Source: Eledone cirrhosa (lineage: Eukaryota). Taken from it: DNA of 64,000 bases. Location: contig CAXHJY010001756.1 in assembly GCA_964016885.1 (NCBI GenBank), positions 29,218-93,217 of the forward strand, read 5' to 3'. Shown here one piece after another: positions 12,585 through 26,701 of this stretch. The position numbers and the translations under genes are program-made. How positions within the stretch are numbered: the first letter of the stretch is position 1; every line of letters starts with the position of its first letter. The notes below the pieces were generated by a model that was not told where the DNA came from, did not search any database, and saw only the letters and a program-made list of their open reading frames with translations.

Positions 12585-13735
12585 TCACATATATAATATA
12601 TATGTTTATTCATATATATAGTATTTGCAGTGCTGAGACCAATTATCATGAGAGTACTCGATGCATGAGGAGATGCAGAGTGGGTATAGACATATGTAAC
12701 ATGCCGAACGCGGTTTCAGTTTTCTCATTCTATAACAGCCTTATCCATGTTTTAAAGGCTTTTGTCTGTCGATGTTGCTATCATTTCTACTATGTGTAAC
12801 GCCATATAGTGTACCCCACCCCACCTGCCACATATTCCTTCATATTTTAAGTGAGTTGGAAAGACTTTTTTCACTGTATAGGTAATTCGTTTTACCGAAC
12901 TCTAAATGGTGAAGGTAAAATAACCCTCGGTTTTACTTGAAAACATAATGTAGAGAGCCGGAACGAATACTCAAATGCCTTTTAAACGACATTCTAACGA
13001 ATCAGCCATTTTGTCGCCATAACATATCATAACTAAACACAGTAAAATATGTGGTTCGCCTGTCCTTCCTTTTCCCTTGCCTGAATGAAATATGTCTCGG
13101 CAAAGGATACACGGGATATATAATCGATATATAGCGTTTCTTCGAGGAGGTCTCATATTGGTCAAGCTTTGGTTACATGTATGTTTATTAAAACAAAATG
13201 GCTTCTTTCTTGATGTAGGCCACAGTGTTAAAGCTTATATCTATATTACAGTTGTTTTTGTTGATATATGTTTTACTGTCATATGACACGATTTATTGCT
13301 TAATCAATATTATACATGTAAACCTGCATTCACTGGTATTGATTGATCCCTTTAGTTATAATAACGTCAATGTGACGTGAGCCAATAAGGTAATTACTGA
13401 AATGTGGTGCATGATTTATGCTTTTCATACAAACAATTAGAACGAATTTATTGAGTATAATTTTTAAGTAAAACACAGACATGTACAGACCAAACTGAAC
13501 CAGGTCAAACGAAACAAAAACAAAGTAAAACAAACCAGACAAAAGTAAGATAACACATTACGTTTGTTTACGCAGTTTTAGTCTTTTATTAATTTCTTTG
13601 GAAGTGACAAGAATCGATCGTTGGATCGGACCATAATATCTGTTTCAACTGGTCACATCCTATCAGAAGGTAGCCTGATTTGAACCCAGAACAGAGCCAA
13701 ATTATATATATATACATACATACATACACATATGT

Positions 13736-13985
<250 letters not shown>

Positions 13986-14665
13986 TATATTCCTATGTAC
14001 GTACATATATATTTATATATGCCTAGCTAAGACACGTTAGATTCACAATCATGAGATTGAGAGTTCGATTCATTGAGCAAGACACATTAATTCACCTTCC
14101 TCTTTCTGCCAAGATGTGCGACGGGTAGATAATATCAACAATCGAAAAGCCATAGAAAACAATGTTTATTTCGTTTGATTTGACAAGTTCCATCCAAATC
14201 GATCAATGGTTGAGATCTGGGGTGTTTTCGATCGTATAAGGAAAACTAATGTATCTGTACAAAGCTATATGATAAAAAATATATCAGTATAAATACGGAG
14301 AATGTAGCCGAGGTTGTAACAACTTGTATAAATATGTACATATTTTCTAATATGTAGACATCTAAACATACCAGAAAATACACCTTTCTCCTTAAATTGA
14401 AATAAAAATAATCCCCTTTAAAGGATTTTCGGATCTCGTTGGACCCTAATCGGAAGATTTGTATATCATCCGATCAACAACTAGGAAACATACATTCGAT
14501 AGGCATATATAATTATTTGCTCCTATTATTCTAAAATGGCATACTGATTTGCATATAATTAGTGTCGCGCTGGTAATAAATGAAGATATATATTAAGAAG
14601 TACGCTAGCAGCCGAAGTCTACGATAAAGTTATATCTGTATGACTTTATATTTTATATATATATA

Positions 14666-14738
<73 letters not shown>

Positions 14739-14920
14739 TATATATATAATATATATATGTATAAATAAACACAGTAAATTTCGTGTCTAAAATTACGAGG
14801 GTATAAGATACCACTAATGTTTTAAAAATGTAATCTTAACCATACAATATAATATATTAATTTTATACTGACCGTATATATATAGTAATAAAAAATGTGA
14901 AGACTAACATCCGAAGAGGG

Positions 14921-15031
<111 letters not shown>

Positions 15032-15039
15032 AGAATTAC

Positions 15040-16330
15040 CCAGGTATTAGTAGGGTTTAAAAAAATAATTTAATTCAAAACTTATTCTAGAGTATATTTG
15101 AAACTTCTAATATAGCTGTAGTTGCAATATGATTTCATACTTTGTTTCTTTATTTCTTTCATATCTGGTCTGAGCATAGGTTTTCATATAACTCATGAAA
15201 TATAGTTGAAAATATTTTGCTTCTTCTTCTGAAGGGGGCTGAGATGGTCCATTTCTATGGTACATGTGCCCTTGAATCTTGAATTTGGGCATACATCACT
15301 CTTTTTGCATGACATTTTCAACACTTGGATTATTGTGCTTCTAGATATTTATGGGCATGTGGTTAGAATGTCTCAGGGAAGACTCACTAGACACATTTTA
15401 ATGGGCAAACAAACCTGCAGGAGACCGAGGGTTGATGCCCGAGCAAGACGGTTGGATAAGATCCATGAACTTGGCTGGCCTCGCTTCGGCATCCTGCCGG
15501 ATATGGTGCAGACGGATGTTTCTGAGAGGACTCGCTGGAAGGAGAGTTTGAGGACAGTTCCCCGAAGCCCCTCCCAGGAATAAGTGGGCGAAGACGAAGA
15601 AAAAGAAGTAACTTCTTTCTGTAGTTCTACTAATCAGCAGTCCCCTCAAGGGCTCTGGTAGCTTAAGTAATATTTAAAATTAATCTTTCCATTTAAACAG
15701 CAGAATCCAGTTGATTCATTTTAGAATCACAATTTAGAATCACAATTTGGTCAAATTTTATTCTGTGAGGAAATTCTAATTAAAGCTACTGAGGCATATC
15801 CACATTCTCCTGTACATTGTAACTAAAAGTTGCAAAGTTCCACTCGGCAACAATTTTAAATCTGTTCTTGCTCTCTATTCACATAACCCTTAAGTTGTTT
15901 GAGCTTCAGTTTCTGCATGTCGCCTTTGAGTTGTTCTATTTATCTCCATTTGCTGTCTGATGATTTTCGTACATCTGATGTCTCTTGGCGAAAATTTGCT
16001 TTGCTTGCCCTATATTATCACGCCCATTTGATTCATTCTATCCAATGTGTGCATTTTGTATTTTATTTATTGTTGAAGCTTTGATGATCTTTGTGCATCT
16101 GATTCATTATGTCTGTATTGTGCATCTAATTCCTCCTGCATCATCATCAAGGATTTTTTATCTTTGTTCTTCTGAGTCATTTTGCATATATTTCGCTGTT
16201 GTTTTTCTTTCTTTTCGCTGCTCTTCACTTTCATTCTACCTTTGTAGCTGCTTTGTTATAGTTTATGAGACTATCATCTAAATGAAGATATATCTCCGGT
16301 GGTTCTTTTTACTTACAGCTTCCAATGTCA
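15040..16330 (-). mobile_element. Decayed Helitron RepHel N-terminal region
   Basis: MPKFKIQGHMYHRNG..AKYFQLYF, ESTGFCCLNGKI, LPEPLRGLL and ESEEQRKER-like repeats recognised as Helitron motifs. Confidence 0.7.
15345..15608 (+). mobile_element. RTE-clade LINE 3' fragment nested in the Helitron
   Basis: YGHVVRM..RL..G..RPR..R..D..RW C-terminus with GAA-type tail. Confidence 0.75.
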
Positions 16331-17617
16331 CTGTTATTTATCTAAATATTATTATTTTTTCTATTAATGATGAATCTAAATCAAGTCACATTTTGATGAA
16401 TGAGGACTCAATGCATTAAATTACAGTGAATTTTATGAAACAACAACCCCAAAACTAACAGAAATCAATATGTAAAAGAATATTACAGGTTTCACAAGTG
16501 TTATTTTAGTAGTGTTTCAATAAATCAAATAAAGAACCCTAAATTTAATGAGAGGCCAATACACACACATTTACACACGGAACTATTTAAAAATATTTTG
16601 GATATATACACACACGGAAAAGATAGAAAGAAGATGGGGGCAAGAAACGCCCAGGAGAGCGGCCGGGCTGCATCCAGGTCATGACTCCTGGGTGCTCTTC
16701 AGCTGACATTTAGCTGTTTCGATATCGGAGTCATGTGTATTTAAACTGCATGGAGATTTTGTTCACAGGATCTAGCTGGAACTCCTCTCCGCTGTCTCTG
16801 CTTCCAAACGTATATCTAGACGCTTTCTTGAGTTGTGAAAAATAACATTTGTAATCATGGTAACGGTGAGAGGTCAACAGTGTCACCACCACCAGTATCT
16901 ACAACAACGACTTACTGTTACTTCCCTTGGCGTGCGTTGACATACAAATACAATACACTCAAACGTTATGAGGTCGTTTTTGTGCACGGGCTAAATATGA
17001 AGTAAATATGACATATATACACACATGGAAAATATAAAGAATGTATGACAAAATATCCTGCAGCCGATAGAGTAGAGAGTGGATTTTTTTATATTAAAGC
17101 AGGCGTGTTTTGTTCCTTTATGTTGAGTGATGCGTCTCGCTCACGTGTTTCAGTCGTACATCCTCCCATCTAGGAGAGATAGAGAGGCGGACATTCAATA
17201 GTGAAGCAAGCGTGTATGTGTTGCTTAAGTGCCTGCTATGTTGAATGTGTGACGCTCATTTTCAAACATTTTTTATCTCTGTTTCTTTTCCTCCTCTTTC
17301 ATGCATTGTTAACGTACTTGCTTAGTTCCACGTTTGGTTTTCAACACTGTATTGAATTTCGCGTGTGCTGGCTTTTCTAAAATTCTCACTTCTTCAATCT
17401 CTCTATTTTCCGCCACATTTCTTCATAGGGGAGACGAAATATCTCGACGACCACCATGGCCACACATTGACAGACAAACAAACTTATAATCAAATGAATA
17501 TATGTCTAAGTGTACGAAGAACATATTCCTATGCCTAAGCAAGTTAAATGTTAATTTCAAACGTGATTGGCCAATGGTCCTTAAATAAATGGGACAAACA
17601 AAAAAAAACGAACTATG

Positions 17618-17698
<81 letters not shown>

Positions 17699-17737
17699 CG
17701 TGTGTGCGTGTGTGCGCGTGCGTGTGTGCGTATGTGT

Positions 17738-18052
17738 ACTTCGTTTTTGAATTTATTTTGCAAGATTTCTTATCTGAAAACGTGTGTTCAAACAGATACT
17801 GTCATACTTTGGGAGTGTCATGTTGCCAATAAGAATCACACGCACATACTGGTTTTCACTTCAATTTATTATAAATTTCAGGTCGGTTGGCTGGTTGGAT
17901 AACCGGGTGATTGCTTATATATTGTCAAAGCTCATTCGTCACACAGTCTGTGAAGTCCTGAGTGACTAGGTTTTATTTTGTGTCTCTCCTTTGTTCTATT
18001 TTACACAATCTTGATTTTGTGTGTTGTGTGCTTAGTTTGCGCATGCTTTACA

Positions 18053-18135
<83 letters not shown>

Positions 18136-18470
18136 TTTTATTTATTTGTTGATGTGTTTATTTACTTGTCACTAGTTCTTTATTTGTTCTAGCTGTGTGT
18201 GTCTAATTTGTTTTGTTAGTTTGGTTTTTGTGTGTGTCTGTATATCTTAATTTTGTCCTTAATTACTAGTTGTGATGTTACTATTCGACTCATGTTTTCT
18301 GTTTAATTTTGGTTGAAGTTCATTTATGTTTGTCGCCTCTCTGATTTGTCTGAGCATTGCATCTGTTCTGTGTGTGGATATAATTTTTCATCTCCATGTT
18401 GTCTAATGTGGCCCTATGTTCTATGTTGGCATGTTGGTGGAGGATTGAAGAGTTCTTCCCAACCTGGAGT
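17738..18470 (-). mobile_element. Second family A PLE 3' fragment
   Basis: Colinear with ~670-1310. Confidence 0.85.
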
Positions 18471-18486
18471 GATCGTCAGTCTTCAT

Positions 18487-18980
18487 TTATCTTTTAAATT
18501 ACCTTTGTATTTTATTTACTTTATTCTTAACTCTGAAGCGGAGAATCATTCGGTTTCCTAGTTAGAATTTTAGTCTACGACTTCAGTTATACCATTTACG
18601 TGGTTTTGTCTTTGTGTGCAATTGTTCGCCACGCTCCACATATGACGTACTATCTTCGTTTTTTCCGTTCATTGCCAGAGAACGTCTCTATGAACCACCT
18701 AAGAGAATATTAGTCTACGACTTCTTTTATACCATAAACGTGGTTCTGCATTTGCGTGTAATTGTTTTTCACCGCTCCAAATAATGACGTATTATATTCG
18801 GTTTTTCCCGTTCTTTGCCAGGGAACGTTTCCACGAACCAAAGTATCGTCTTCCTGTCCTCCTTCGCTTGCAACGTTTTTTGAAATATTCACTTCTGCAT
18901 TCACACATTGACTTTGTTAGTTTCAGAAGACCCCGTTAAGGGTGAAAGCAGCGATTATTTGCTTAAACTTTAATCTGTTA

Positions 18981-18988
<8 letters not shown>
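18487..18988 (+). mobile_element. Family E pLTR fragment (two 140-bp tandem units plus HHR-like motif 18919-18969)
   Basis: Colinear with ~49013-49516. Confidence 0.85.
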
Positions 18989-19042
<54 letters not shown>

Positions 19043-19046
<4 letters not shown>

Positions 19047-19268
19047 TTTTGCGAGGTTTTTGATATGAAATCGTGTGTCGAAACAAATATTGTTATACTT
19101 GGGGAGGGTCATATTTGTGTAATAATATTGCCAGAATTAATAACAGAACACACTCACTGTTTGGTTGGTTTTCGCTTCTGTGTCTTTTATATCGATTAAT
19201 TTAATTTATTCGGTCCTGAATGTTACCATTGACTGAGCAACGGTAAAAAATACAGATACAATATAGAC
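19043..19268 (-). mobile_element. Family F pLTR tail fragment
   Basis: Matches 34001-34220 and 60684-60860. Confidence 0.8.
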
Positions 19269-20660
19269 AATATAACAAATTCTAGAAGATCTTACAGTAG
19301 AATAATTAATCATGATCATTCCAATAACTTTAATAAAAGACCTAGATACAAAAACATAATCTGGCATAATGCTCCTTTCTCCATCTCTATTAATAATAAT
19401 ATTCCTAAATTATTCTTTAGTGCCTTAAATAAATGTTTCCCTCCCTCACATATCTATAGTAAAATATTTAACAAACACACTATAAAATTCTCCTATTCGA
19501 CATCCTCCAACATTTCCAACATTATCTCTAAACACAACAATAAAATACTAAATACTAAATCTCTTCCTTTCAACACTGAATATCATAATAATAGTAATAG
19601 TACTCCCGACGTCATTGTAAACTCTAGGCTAATTTCTGCAAACCCATATACAACGTCAAACACAACTTCGCTAAATGTTCTTAATCCCAAATGTTCTAAA
19701 TCAAGAAACTATTATTCATATCGCAAATAACTTCTCCAATCCATTTCCTTCTATAGATAACACTAGGTCACTCGTTAATAATCTCTCTAATCGCAATTGC
19801 CCTGTTAAAAATAAATGTCCTCTCAACAACCATTGTCTTGATAAAAACTTAATCGACGAATGTAAAGTTATAACTGACACCAATTCCTTCACCTATTTTG
19901 GCTCCACTTCCACCTCCTTTAAAGCTCGTCTTTATAATCATCATTCGTCTTTTAAATACCAACTTAAAAGAACCAACACGGCTCTCTCAGAACTCATATG
20001 GTCCTTGAAAGACAAAAATATTAAATATAACATCTCTTGGAAAAAGGTTTCTTCTGCTTATCCATACTTGAACAGTTCTCTATCCAAGACTTGCAATCTC
20101 TGTCTAAATGAAAAGTTTACCATTATATCTAATGTAGATTCTATAATAAATAGGCGCACTGACTTGTTTTCTCTCTGCTTGCATAAATTCCACAGAACAT
20201 TCCATAAAGTATACAGCTAATATCCAATACTTTATCAATTTAGAATCCTTTTCTCAAAGGCACATATATATATATATACTTCTTTAAAAATATACCCATC
20301 TTTCTACCTTATTTCAAAGTTATTTATTATACATTATATAATACTTGTTACTCATTCTATATCACTCCTATTTATCACTTCCCTTTCCTCCTTTTCCTTT
20401 TCTTTTCTTTTTCTTTTAATTTCTAACCCCTAATCTGTACCTTTTCTCACTGTGCCTAACATAGAAACAATTATTACACAATACAATATATTCTTACTTC
20501 ATATCACCTTGAAAAAATCCTTCGTAAACATAAACATTTTTTTGACGTTAGATTATTCATCCTCAATTCATTATTTTTTTCTCACTTTCATGCTATTTCA
20601 TCCCATCTTCTACTTTTTTCACAATATATCCTTACTTACATTACCTTTGCTACTTATAAT

Positions 20661-20832
20661 AATACATATCCACATTTTCTTTCCATCGCACATATTATTA
20701 AACCCTTAAATATTATTCTTAATACATATTAACATTTTCTTTCCATCGCACATATTATTAAACCGTTAAATATTATTCTTAATACATATTAACAATTTCT
20801 TTTCATCGCACATATTATTAAACCCTTCAATA
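20661..20832. repeat. 60-bp tandem repeat, ~2.8 copies
   Basis: CATCGCACATATTATTAAACC recurs every 60 bp. Confidence 0.9.
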
Positions 20833-21188
20833 TACAAACCTTAACTTTACAGTATTTTTCTCTTCGTTAATTTTCAAATTCTTTTAAATTATACATTATC
20901 TTCCAACGGTTTTTCAACCTCTCTATGTAAAACAATATATTTTTCTCAGTTATAAAAGCTATCTCTCTCTCTATCACCCATCTCTCCTCCTATCTCATCC
21001 TTCCTCATTATACTCCTCCCCCTCCACTTTTTACTCTCATCTCCTCCTCTTTTTCCTCCTTTCCAACCTCCACACCCCCCTCAAAATTTGTTTCCCAATA
21101 TCACACATCAATCTAAAACTACTTTTCATATGTTGATTTAAAACTGCACTATCCACAAGTGTTTTATAACCTTGATATCATGTCTTCC

Positions 21189-21259
21189 TATTTTATCTGA
21201 TGAAAAGACACATGTTATTGCATGATGATATTTGTTTTTGAAATGCGCATAATAAAATA
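21189..21259 (+). ncRNA. Canonical minimal type-I hammerhead
   Basis: TATTTTAT-CTGATGA-AAAGACA..TGTTTTT-GAAA-TGCGCA-TA^ATAAAATA; 8-bp stem I, palindromic stem III. Confidence 0.9.
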
Positions 21260-21287
21260 CATGGAACTCTTTTAACCATCTTTTGAT

Positions 21288-21371
<84 letters not shown>

Positions 21372-21527
21372 ATAAACAACACAATTATTCCATTACCTAT
21401 GGATTCGTGAAATAATTATATTATCTTGTTTATTATATAATGAAATAGCTCTTTACTATATATAGACCACTCTTCTTCCTTTAGCTTTTCGACGGAAATA
21501 TATATACACACACACACACACACACAT

Positions 21528-21603
<76 letters not shown>

Positions 21604-21950
21604 GACGCTGTCATTCATACCTGGTGGGGTGTCAGTTTACCCCTCGGTGTCCATTGATAATTGGTGTGTAGAATAAACCTTTTAGTGTGTCTCGTCGATA
21701 GACGTAGATTGAACTGGTTAGTAGGAGAGTTGTGAAAAATAATATTAAGAATGGAGGAAAAATACATATTGGTGTTATGTTAGTTCATATATCAATAGTT
21801 CGTCTTCGAAGAATCTCTTTGAATATGAGTCATGAACCACAGGATTGTTTTGAATGCCTCTTATCGAAAGAAATTCTTTGACGACGACATATAAACATCA
21901 CCAGCACGACTCTTTCATTTTTCCTTTCTTTCTACCTTCCTTTTTTCTTT

Positions 21951-22142
21951 GGGCGGTGGATCGCAGTATCGGTAGAGTACCGGACACCATGCTTTGCAGC
22001 ATAGAGTTATGCCACTTTATGTTCTGAGTTCAAATCCCGCCGAGGTTAACTTTGCCTTTCATCCTTACGGGGTCGATACAATAAAGCACCAGTAATGCAC
22101 TGGCGGTAATAGCTGGCCTTGTGCCAAAAGTAGAAACACTTA
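21951..22142 (+). mobile_element. tRNA-derived SINE
   Basis: GAGTTCAAATCCCGCCGAGGTTAACTTTGCCTTTCATCC..GGGGTCGAT..GGCCTTGTGCCAAAAGTAGAAAC. Confidence 0.85.
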
Positions 22143-22904
22143 TTTATAAACAGTTACAAATACCTTCCATGTGAATACTTGCGCGTTTTGTCAGTGTGTT
22201 TTGTCATTTGATATAATTTGTTATGCATATTTTGTTCTCAGGCTAGTACCCATTACCCTTCACTAACAATGCGCCTGTCGTTACACATGTCTATCATATG
22301 TTTGTCTTTTATGCATTAGCTTTTCAATTCTGCTAAATCTTACTTTTAAGAATATGTATTCATTAAGACGTCACGACGTTTTGAAATATATCACTCCTAT
22401 ATTCAATAATGTGTATATTCTACCAAATTTCAACACACATCAATAACATTCATAATTGGGTCAAGATTATTTATGTATATAAGTGAGACCGTCAAGCAAC
22501 GTACTGCAATGTCTACGTCATATATGAATGGGATCGATGAAGTTAATATCCAGATTAAACATTTATTTGTCGACATATGAAATAACAAAGAGTCAAACCA
22601 AAACAAATATATATATACATAAATGAAGGAGCGATTTCAAAGAGTTTATTTTCTGATAAGGAAACATTGAAGGTAAAGTTAGTACAGATCTGCGTAATAA
22701 GTTTACGACAGAAGCCCTATTCTGATTCCTGTAACGCTGTTTCGTATTTTCTTTCAATCAACATTTGCACCAGGAACATCCACAAAATATTCAACAACGT
22801 TTAGTGTTTTGACGGTGTAACAAACAGAGGTTCCTTTTCCAGGATATGTAGGTATATTGCATGACTTTTATAAAACATGTTGTTTATAATATAGGATTTT
22901 ATTA

Positions 22905-23450
22905 TTACATGATAGTTTTGAGTTCAAATCTCACCAAGTTTAGCTTTGACTTTTACCCTTAAAGGATCGATAAAGTAAATCACCAAGAGTGCACTGGGGT
23001 CGATTTGAACGATGTTCGCCTCTCCTCAAAATTGCTAGCCTTTTGACTAAATCAGAAACAGCCATTACATAATATCTTGGGTTGCGGTTTGGCAATATAG
23101 TCCGAAAGTCGGAAACAAAATTGCCGTTGAACTCCCTGCTATTCTCTGAACTTGCTTTTCATGCTTCCGCAATCGTCAAAGTGAAACACCATAGTGCTGC
23201 AATCTATATAGTCGATTTTCACATCTACCCCCAAATTGCTTCTCCTGTGGAAGACATTTCGAGATATATTGGTGTCGATATAAAAATAGCGGGCAAGTAC
23301 TGAAGTCAATATAATCGACTTCTTTCCTCAAAATTTGTGGACATCTGCTTAAATCAGAAACCATTATTATATACGGGGTCGATGAAATAAAGTACGAGTA
23401 ATATACTGGATAATTGCTGGCCTTGTGCCAAAAGTAGAAACAATTATTAT
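22905..23450 (+). mobile_element. Cluster of decayed SINE copies and 3' fragments
   Basis: Repeated GGGGTCGAT..AAAATTGCT..AAATCAGAAAC..ATTA modules. Confidence 0.6.
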
Positions 23451-24670
23451 ATACAAGAGAATACGTACTGTCAGATTTTTTGGATTACTGAAATATGGAA
23501 TTGATTAAATTGAAGATAATTACAAAACTGCCCAGTACAAAGGCAAACGTAAGATTAAAACCCAGTACCTTGTGATTGGAAAACGAAATATTTTTTTTTG
23601 TTGCATCTTGACGGAGATAGCTATGTGTGTGTGTATGCTTATAATTGAAATGAAAAACTATTGAATGACAAAATCCATCATATTTATTACAGCATTTATC
23701 CATTATGCTTTTCAGCTATATCTAATCTTCTACTGGGATAACGTAGCTGTATGTCGAGAGCTGTGTTATAATTGCCAAATATGTTGTTAATAGAAATTAG
23801 CCACAATTTTGTTTTTCCCATAGTTTTTATATTCCAAATGAAGAGCACTGGAATATGATTTCGAGAAAACATTCTACATAATAAAATGCATGGAAACAAA
23901 TACATTAAACACAACAAAAAACAATGTAACCCTTTAGTTTCCATATTTCTATTAAAGCCAGATCAAAATTGCGATTGAATGTTTTTAGACAGACATATAT
24001 ATTTAAGCCGTTGGACATCATATTTCTAATAAAAGCACTGCCTATTATTTTCAAATCCACTTGAAAATAATTTAGAATTTGAAGGATTAACTTGCTCATT
24101 AATTTGGTGGTGTTTAAAACTTAGTCAATAATTTGAATATAAAAGATTATAAAACAAAGAATATTTTAATATAAAAACGTTTGTTTTCACTTGGTTTGGT
24201 AGAAAAAGAGTTAATAATCTCATAAACAAAGAAAAATAAATAAGCAAGTTGATCATTTACAAAAACCGAATTCGTATCTCCTATTTACTTATTATTATTT
24301 TTTCATTTTTTTGTAAATGCCAGAGAGAAAACTTGAATAATTGAAATCGATGTGTCACAGGTGGAAATGGTTATGAAAACATATTTGAAGTACACTTTTA
24401 CAATGAAAGTGGCATTTAACAAAATTGTTATGTACTGTTTACTTTAGATGTATATCACTATATATATATCACATTCGGTAAAATAATGGACGTTACAGGG
24501 CTTAAAGCAAGTCAACTATTGAAGAACTGAGTAATTGAGATATAATAATTATTTGTAACAGCTGCAAATACAGCACATATGTACGTGGTTTTAATGTATA
24601 TATCTTACGTTTAGAGCCATTCATACACCATATTATTTATTACTATTGATTTATATATATATATATATAT

Positions 24671-24868
24671 TAGAAAGTGAGGTTTTTTTTACAAAATGAA
24701 AAATAACCGAGGTGTCCTACACGAGTGGAAGTATAAAGAAAAAGGGATGAAATCGAAAATGCAACTGAAGTCTTATTTTTTTTTAAAATATATATATTTA
24801 TTTGGTTCCTTTACCGGTTTCGCAGTTCTTCTGCTTTTCAAAAGGTGAGTTGAGATGGAGGGTCTGTG

Positions 24869-24921
<53 letters not shown>

Positions 24922-25085
24922 CTCTCAACATCCACACATACTCATACATACTGACACACATGATGAATGGGTGCGTAAAATTCATAAGGTAATTCAGCGA
25001 CGATTCCATAGTACATTCGAAGTTTACCAAATCAGGATTGTCCGAGGATTCAAAGATGGGTTAGAACATATCACTAGCTCCAATG
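24671..25085 (-). mobile_element. PLE pLTR (family I) with variant HHR
   Basis: Homologous to 47041-47250; 3' end abuts (TA)n. Confidence 0.7.
24808..24845 (-). ncRNA. Hammerhead with U3-A8 core
   Basis: CCTT-TTGAAAA-GCAG/AAGAA/CTGC-GAAA-CCGG-TA^AAGG. Confidence 0.75.
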
Positions 25086-25089
25086 ATAA

Positions 25090-25515
25090 AGATGTATCTC
25101 TTAGGATCTCCAGATTGTTTGCCTCTCAATCATCTTTCAACTCACCGGCGGACTACTACAACGTTGCTGTACTTAGGGCCGGTTATGATCAACCACTAAC
25201 ATTTTTTCCGGATATACCCTCCGCGGGGAAATCCAACAACCCCACTAGGAAAACATCAGAAGCATATCACACAAAATTTGCAAATTTAAATACCGACGAC
25301 TCAAAAACCCCACAATGGCGAGACAAATAATAATACTGAAAATAAAAAAAACACAAAGGAGATCCCGAACAAAATCATACCTATGGTATAATCTGCCGCA
25401 CAACGATCTGGTAACTACTAAGCTTTCCTATCTCTTCTTCAAACTTATAGACGAATACTTTACTCCAACACAAATTCCATGAAATACTAAATAGAGACAC
25501 GATCCGACTATCAAT
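25090..25515 (+). pseudogene. Hydra-like PLE thumb/linker fragment
   Basis: VSLRISRL..DYYN..RAGY; YLWYNLP..LFFKLIDEYF..LNRDTIRLS. Confidence 0.7.
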
Positions 25516-26225
25516 GTGTCGTAAAAAAAAGATTAGCATATTATGTATTGTGGATATTGCTTTACTGTGAAACTGTAGGGTGAATAAGAAGGAAAATGAG
25601 GAAGTTGAGAAATACCAAGAGGCGAAGAAAGAAATCAGAAAACGGTGGCGAATCAGACATGTGGAAATGTTACCGATTGTGGTTGGTGGATTGGGGACAG
25701 TTAGTAGAAGGTTGGATGCAAGGTTTGAGAAGCTAAGAATTACCATCCGGACATGTTTGTTCCAGAAAACACCCTTGCTCTGAACAACATCAACATCAAG
25801 GACCTGGTATAGTGTATGTATAACATCTGCTAGTATAAAAGTGTAACGTGCCTGATTGTAGATGTATCCTGCCCATTTGACACGAGAGTGCAAGAAAAGG
25901 TGAGGGAGAATATTAACCGATACCAGGATTTAAAGTGGGAGTTAAAACGGATTTGGAACTGCCATGAAATCAAGGTCGTCCTAATTGGCATAAGCGCACT
26001 AGGTACTATCTCAAAGAGTTTACAAGGATGGTTAAAGAAGACTAGTCCAGGCCCGCTTTTTGGAACACTTCAAAAGGCATGCTTGCTGGGAACAGCAAGA
26101 ACGCTCCGATACGTCCTGAATGTCTGAGGCTGCAGGTAGCGGCTTGATATTCATTTCAACAACATTTCCAGTTAAACAACATCAATGACTGAGACTCAAA
26201 GAACAATAACAATAATGATAATAAT
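25516..26225 (+). mobile_element. Two tandem 3' fragments of R4/Dong-type non-LTR elements (restriction-like endonuclease)
   Basis: EKYQ..PIVVGGLG..; IVDVSCPFDTRVQEK..YQDLKWELKRIW..ALGTISK..LQKACLLGTARTLR; ends in a (TAA)-like tail. Confidence 0.8.
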
Positions 26226-26227
26226 AA

Positions 26228-26408
26228 TTGTTTCTACATTAGGCACAAGTCCAGCAATTACCCAGTGCATTACTGGTACTTTATTTTATCGACCCCGTAA
26301 GGATGAAAGGCAAAGTCAACCTCGGCGGGATTTGAACTCAGATCGTAAAGGGACGTAACTATGCTGGAAAGCATGGCGTCCGACCCTCTACTGATACTGC
26401 CAATCCAC
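26228..26408 (-). mobile_element. tRNA-derived SINE
   Basis: Same family as 21951-22142. Confidence 0.85.
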
Positions 26409-26446
<38 letters not shown>

Positions 26447-26701
26447 TGATGATTTCTTTATTAACCACAAGGGTTTACATAAAGGAGACATTAAGGACAG
26501 TGCAGGACAATACAGTACGGTACAAATGGGCATTTCTGCGTGTAAAAAACAAAAACAGAGGATGTAACAAAAAAATAACAATGAAAAATTCCCCACTAGG
26601 GGGGAGACTTCGGAGGGACATTTGTGGAGAAAGCCCAGTAAAAGGCCACAGTGACCCTGACCACCAAGGCAAGTGCCCTCTCCCAGTTTTCCACCTTTAA
26701 T

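Larger units (their letters stand above)
19270..21290 (+). mobile_element. PLE G (Hydra-like) 3' fragment: linker, GIY-YIG, 3' region with HHR
   Basis: NIIWHNAPFS..CFPPSH..IFNKHTIK, CPL..C, YFGST, CNLC (ORF to 20220). Confidence 0.85.

Noticed and set aside
16645-16707. CTGAAGA plus hairpin on the minus strand
   Set aside because: No GAAA or stem III after the hairpin
20661-20832. CRISPR-like periodicity
   Set aside because: Plain tandem repeat without unique spacers; eukaryotic context
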